A stretch of DNA of 61,305 bases, filler included. It is 3 parts of 3 records of this genome, joined end to end, with 100 filler letters (N's around TTAATTAATTAA, not from the genome) between each part and the next. Parts side by side here need not be neighbours in the genome. Positions count along the whole stretch, not along the records: positions 57,254 to 61,305 come from SRR20825010_869; 2 more parts are not named here. One strand, written 5' to 3'. Shown in pieces: positions 58,168 to 61,305 of the stretch (positions are counted from its first letter, which is position 1; every line of letters begins with the position of its first letter). Below the pieces are notes generated by a model. It made no database searches, was not told where the DNA came from, and saw nothing but the letters and a program-made list of their open reading frames with translations. A program made the position numbers and the translations under genes.

Positions 58168-58196
58168 AAGCCGGGCGATTTTCCCCGGCTTTTTTA
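58168..58196 (+). terminator. Intrinsic terminator after the EAL gene
   Basis: AAAGCCGGG-CGATTTTC-CCCGGCTTT followed by a T run. Confidence 0.85.
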
Positions 58197-58273
58197 TGGC
58201 ACGCTCCTGACATATCCTGACAGGAGCATGCGCCAAAGCGACATATAGCGTACTTCTATCCTTGGCAAGATCA

Positions 58274-58288
58274 GAACAAAAAGGGTAC
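58274..58288 (+). promoter_or_regulatory. Alphaproteobacterial LexA (SOS) box
   Basis: GAAC-AAAAAGG-GTAC (GAAC-N7-GAAC/GTAC type), 8 nt upstream of the dinB ATG. Confidence 0.7.
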
Positions 58289-58296
58289 AAATAAGC

Positions 58297-59661
58297 ATGC
58301 TTTATGCGCTTTGCCCAGACTGCCATCACAAATGGCGACTGCATCTTGATCGACCGCTGCCCAAAAGCGGTGCAGGTTCTTACATGCCCTGCCCGATATG
58401 TCGATGCAAACGCGCAATTGCCCATGCAGAGCTTCCGGGACTTTCCATCGGACACCTTGATTGCGATGCATTTTATGCTTCAATCGAAAAACGTGACCGT
58501 CCGGAACTGGCCGAACAACCCGTCATCATTGGCGGGGGGCACCGCGGCGTTGTATCGACCTGCTGTTACGTTGCACGCAAATATGGCGTGCGATCAGCCA
58601 TGCCGGCCTTTAAGGCGCGTGAGCTATGCCCAAATGCGGTCTTTTTGCCACCGGATATGAAAAAGTATCAGCGCGAAGGATATCGCGTGCGCGACATGAT
58701 GCGTGCCCTGACCCCCGATATCGAGCCGCTTTCCATCGACGAAGCCTTCATGGATCTAACAAATGTGCGCGATACCCATGGCAAGTCCGCCGCCGAATGC
58801 CTGATTGACCTGCAGGCAACGGTGCTGCGCGAAGTGGGCATCACTGTTTCAATCGGGCTTTCCTATAACAAGTTTCTTGCCAAAATCGCATCCGATCTGA
58901 ACAAGCCTTTTGGCTTTTCCATGATTGGTGCGGCCGAGGCTGTTGATTTTCTGGCCGACAAACCTGTGCGCATGATGTGGGGGGTCGGACCGGCAATGGA
59001 ACGTAAGCTCCATTCCGATGGCATCGCCACCATCGGACAGCTCCAGGAAATCGATATCCATACCTTGCAGGGCCACTATGGCAGCATTGGCAAACGGCTT
59101 TATTACTTTTCACGCGGCGAAGATAATCGGCGCGTCGAACAAAGTACGGAACGCAAAAGCCTGTCCTCGGAAACCACCTTTAACGAAGATGTCGCTGGCA
59201 TCAAAGAATTGACCGAAATCGCAACCCGCCTGACATCACGGGTCGCCCGCGATCTGGCGCGCAAGGAAATCGCGGGCCATACCGTGGTCCTGAAATTGAA
59301 ATCATCTGATTTCAAAACCCGCACCCGGAACATGCGCCTGACCTATCCGACATTGCGCGAAGACGTCATCCTTGACGCTGCCCTGACCCTTTTGAAAAAA
59401 GAAATCGATGGCACGAAATATCGGCTATTGGGGGTCGGGTTGACGGACTTGTTTGCGGCCGATCAGGCAGATCCGGTGGATTTGTTTGCCGATACGGCGG
59501 CTGTCATTGTCGACGACAATGCCCCGAGACAGGATGAAGCAGCCCCTGTACGCAAAATCATCGAACTCCCGCGCCCCACGGCCGAACAACTGCGCGAAAG
59601 CCTGACCCGGCGGTATCGTCAGCACAAAGGAAAGTCACCTCAACGGCGCTTCCCGTTCTAA
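58297..59661 (+). CDS. dinB: DNA polymerase IV with N-terminal Zn-ribbon
   Basis: HLDCDAFYASIE, YVARKYGVRSAM, SIDEAF, KIASDLNKP, SETTF and RLLGVG; N-terminal CPDC...CPIC. Confidence 0.95.
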   Translation: MLYALCPDCHHKWRLHLDRPLPKSGAGSYMPCPICRCKRAIAHAELPGLSIGHLDCDAFYASIEKRDRPELAEQPVIIGGGHRGVVSTCCYVARKYGVRSAMPAFKARELCPNAVFLPPDMKKYQREGYRVRDMMRALTPDIEPLSIDEAFMDLTNVRDTHGKSAAECLIDLQATVLREVGITVSIGLSYNKFLAKIASDLNKPFGFSMIGAAEAVDFLADKPVRMMWGVGPAMERKLHSDGIATIGQLQEIDIHTLQGHYGSIGKRLYYFSRGEDNRRVEQSTERKSLSSETTFNEDVAGIKELTEIATRLTSRVARDLARKEIAGHTVVLKLKSSDFKTRTRNMRLTYPTLREDVILDAALTLLKKEIDGTKYRLLGVGLTDLFAADQADPVDLFADTAAVIVDDNAPRQDEAAPVRKIIELPRPTAEQLRESLTRRYRQHKGKSPQRRFPF

Positions 59662-59837
59662 GTTAAAAACCCTGCCAACCCGCCATCAGACATAGCAAGA
59701 CGCATAAATATCAAACAATTGACTTGTTCCGATATTGCAATGCAGCTGAGTTCATCCAAAATGAACCCCTATAGAAAAATAAACATCCGCATTCAAAACA
59801 AACAAGGCGGTATGCACAGACTATGAGGGGAGAATGA

Positions 59838-61214
59838 ATGTTTGGCGTTGAATTGGATATCCGCACGCTTGCCTTTATCGCAACCATGTCGGCCGTTGTT
59901 CAAGCCATTGCATTCATATCGCTTTCACTGGTCGCGCGTCGCGGCGTTTGCACAACCCTTTGGGCCTTTGGCGGGATATCAAACGCTATCGGGTTTGTGT
60001 TATTGGGCTTTCGCGGGGTCATTCCCGATATTGCGTCGGTCATTGTCGCCAATACCCTGATCACACTCGCGCACGGATTTTACTGGCTTGGCCTGGAAAT
60101 CTATACCAATCGCAAGCCAAGCTATCTGATAACCGGAATTATCACCGGCATCGTTGCCATACTGTTCGTCTATTACAGTGAAGTCACCCCCAGTGTCTCG
60201 ACACGTATTATCGTGATTTCAGCCGCACTCGCCGGATTTTCACTTATTTGTTTTTATATTCTCTGGTTCCAAAAACAGGGCCGCCGGACCGCGCCAGAAA
60301 CGGTGATGGCGCTAACATTCGCAGTACACGGCCTCTATCATGTTTCCCGTGCTGCCTATACGTGGCTTGCTCATCAGGAAATAGCGAACTTTATGACGGC
60401 ATCGACCATCCACATGGTCGCTTTCCTTGACGTCATTCTTTTCCTGCTTCTGACAGCCGTCGGCTTTACCGGCATGATTATCATAGCGCTCAACACGTCC
60501 TTGCGTGCCGAAGCCAAAGCCAGAAACCGCCTTTTCGCTGTCCTTGCCCATGACCTTCGAACGCCGTTTCACGGGCTGTCTGGTCTTTCATTACTCGCCC
60601 AACAGGATCTTGTTGCCGGTAATCAGGCGCAGGCATTGGGAAATATTCGCCAGTTGCATTCGTCAACCTCAGAAACGCTCAGGTTTCTTGACGATCTTCT
60701 GGTGTGGGGGCGTACTCTTTTCGACGAAGGCAAGCCAAGCCGGACTGAAATTGACATTGACCAGCTTATCAAAGACACCATCGCGACTGTGCGCCCCTTG
60801 CTTGAGGCAAAATCAGTCACGGTGACTTATATTCCACAAAACCTGGCCGGTTATGGTGTTGCCCCGCATGTACAGATGATTTGCCGCAACCTGCTTGTCA
60901 ACGCGATCAAGTTTTCCAATCCACGCAGCAGAATTCTGATAGAGGCAGCCGTTGTCGGAACCGCAATTCACATCCGTATCATTGACCGTGGGGCGGGTGT
61001 TTCCGATAAAATGATCGCAGAGTTCACCAAAGGCACCACGTCATACAAATCGACCGAGGGTACATTTGGCGAAATTGGATCTGGCGTCGGGCTGTCGCTG
61101 TGCCGTGATTTGTGCCGGGAAGACGAAGAACATCTATGGCTGGAACATAATCCAGAAGGCGGCCTGATCGCCACATTCAGCCTATCGGCCGAAATACCTG
61201 AAAACAAAACCTGA
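59838..61214 (+). CDS. Membrane sensor histidine kinase
   Basis: About 7 TMs; H-box AHDLRTP, N-box NLLVNAIKFS, DRGAG and GSGVGL. Confidence 0.9.
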   Translation: MFGVELDIRTLAFIATMSAVVQAIAFISLSLVARRGVCTTLWAFGGISNAIGFVLLGFRGVIPDIASVIVANTLITLAHGFYWLGLEIYTNRKPSYLITGIITGIVAILFVYYSEVTPSVSTRIIVISAALAGFSLICFYILWFQKQGRRTAPETVMALTFAVHGLYHVSRAAYTWLAHQEIANFMTASTIHMVAFLDVILFLLLTAVGFTGMIIIALNTSLRAEAKARNRLFAVLAHDLRTPFHGLSGLSLLAQQDLVAGNQAQALGNIRQLHSSTSETLRFLDDLLVWGRTLFDEGKPSRTEIDIDQLIKDTIATVRPLLEAKSVTVTYIPQNLAGYGVAPHVQMICRNLLVNAIKFSNPRSRILIEAAVVGTAIHIRIIDRGAGVSDKMIAEFTKGTTSYKSTEGTFGEIGSGVGLSLCRDLCREDEEHLWLEHNPEGGLIATFSLSAEIPENKT

Positions 61215-61279
61215 AAACAGAAAATGCCCGCCAGCCAATTGCTGCGAGCATTCAATAAACCATCTTTATTTGGAAAAGA

Positions 61280-61305
61280 TGGCGTCCCCTAGGGGATTCG
61301 AACCC
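61280..61305 (-). tRNA. tRNA 3' portion, probably tRNA-Glu (truncated; anticodon not visible)
   Basis: Minus strand GGGTTCGAATCCCCTAGGGGACGCCA: T-arm, acceptor strand and encoded CCA, matching the canonical tRNA-Glu 3' end. Confidence 0.85.

Noticed and set aside
59662..61305. tRNA-anchored genomic island
   Set aside because: No integrase and no duplicated tRNA 3' end (att site) within the segment.

Overview
This window is not one locus. It is three unrelated contigs joined by artificial N44-TTAATTAATTAA-N44 spacers (25481-25580 and 57154-57253). Segment 1 (1-25480) is AT-rich and looks like Flavobacteriaceae (Muricauda/Flagellimonas-like, by inference), with TAnnTTTG promoters. It carries fmt, recQ, murA, pirin, an M20 amidohydrolase, an SRPBCC-SDR-photolyase operon, a PIG-L deacetylase/33-aa membrane peptide/sodium:solute symporter operon, DUF2520-kdsC-maf, fused ccsBA, an M14 lipoprotein peptidase and a truncated MATE pump with a structured leader. 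Segment 2 (25581-57153) is GC-rich Gammaproteobacteria (Alcanivorax-like, by inference). It carries dapE, an AaeXAB-like efflux module, an aldehyde dehydrogenase, a ccoM-like small gene with an Anr/FNR box, a DyP peroxidase, plsB, rsmJ, uppP, tsaB, yoaA, mobA, SCP2, glnK-amtB, cnoX, fadE, minCDE, mtfA, ACBP, a TM-GAF protein and a tesB-like/acyltransferase pair. Segment 3 (57254-61305) is Alphaproteobacteria (Thalassospira-like, by inference), with a degenerate EAL protein, dinB preceded by a LexA box, a sensor kinase and the 3' end of a tRNA-Glu. The content is mostly housekeeping. I found no CRISPR array, prophage, integrase or defence system, and no clearly new multi-gene system. The best leads are small elements missed or mis-started by the ORF track: the PIG-L/peptide/symporter unit, ccoM, the MATE leader, a heptamer-periodic hairpin and an IS5-like miniature footprint. 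All family and taxon calls come from motif recognition, not database searches.
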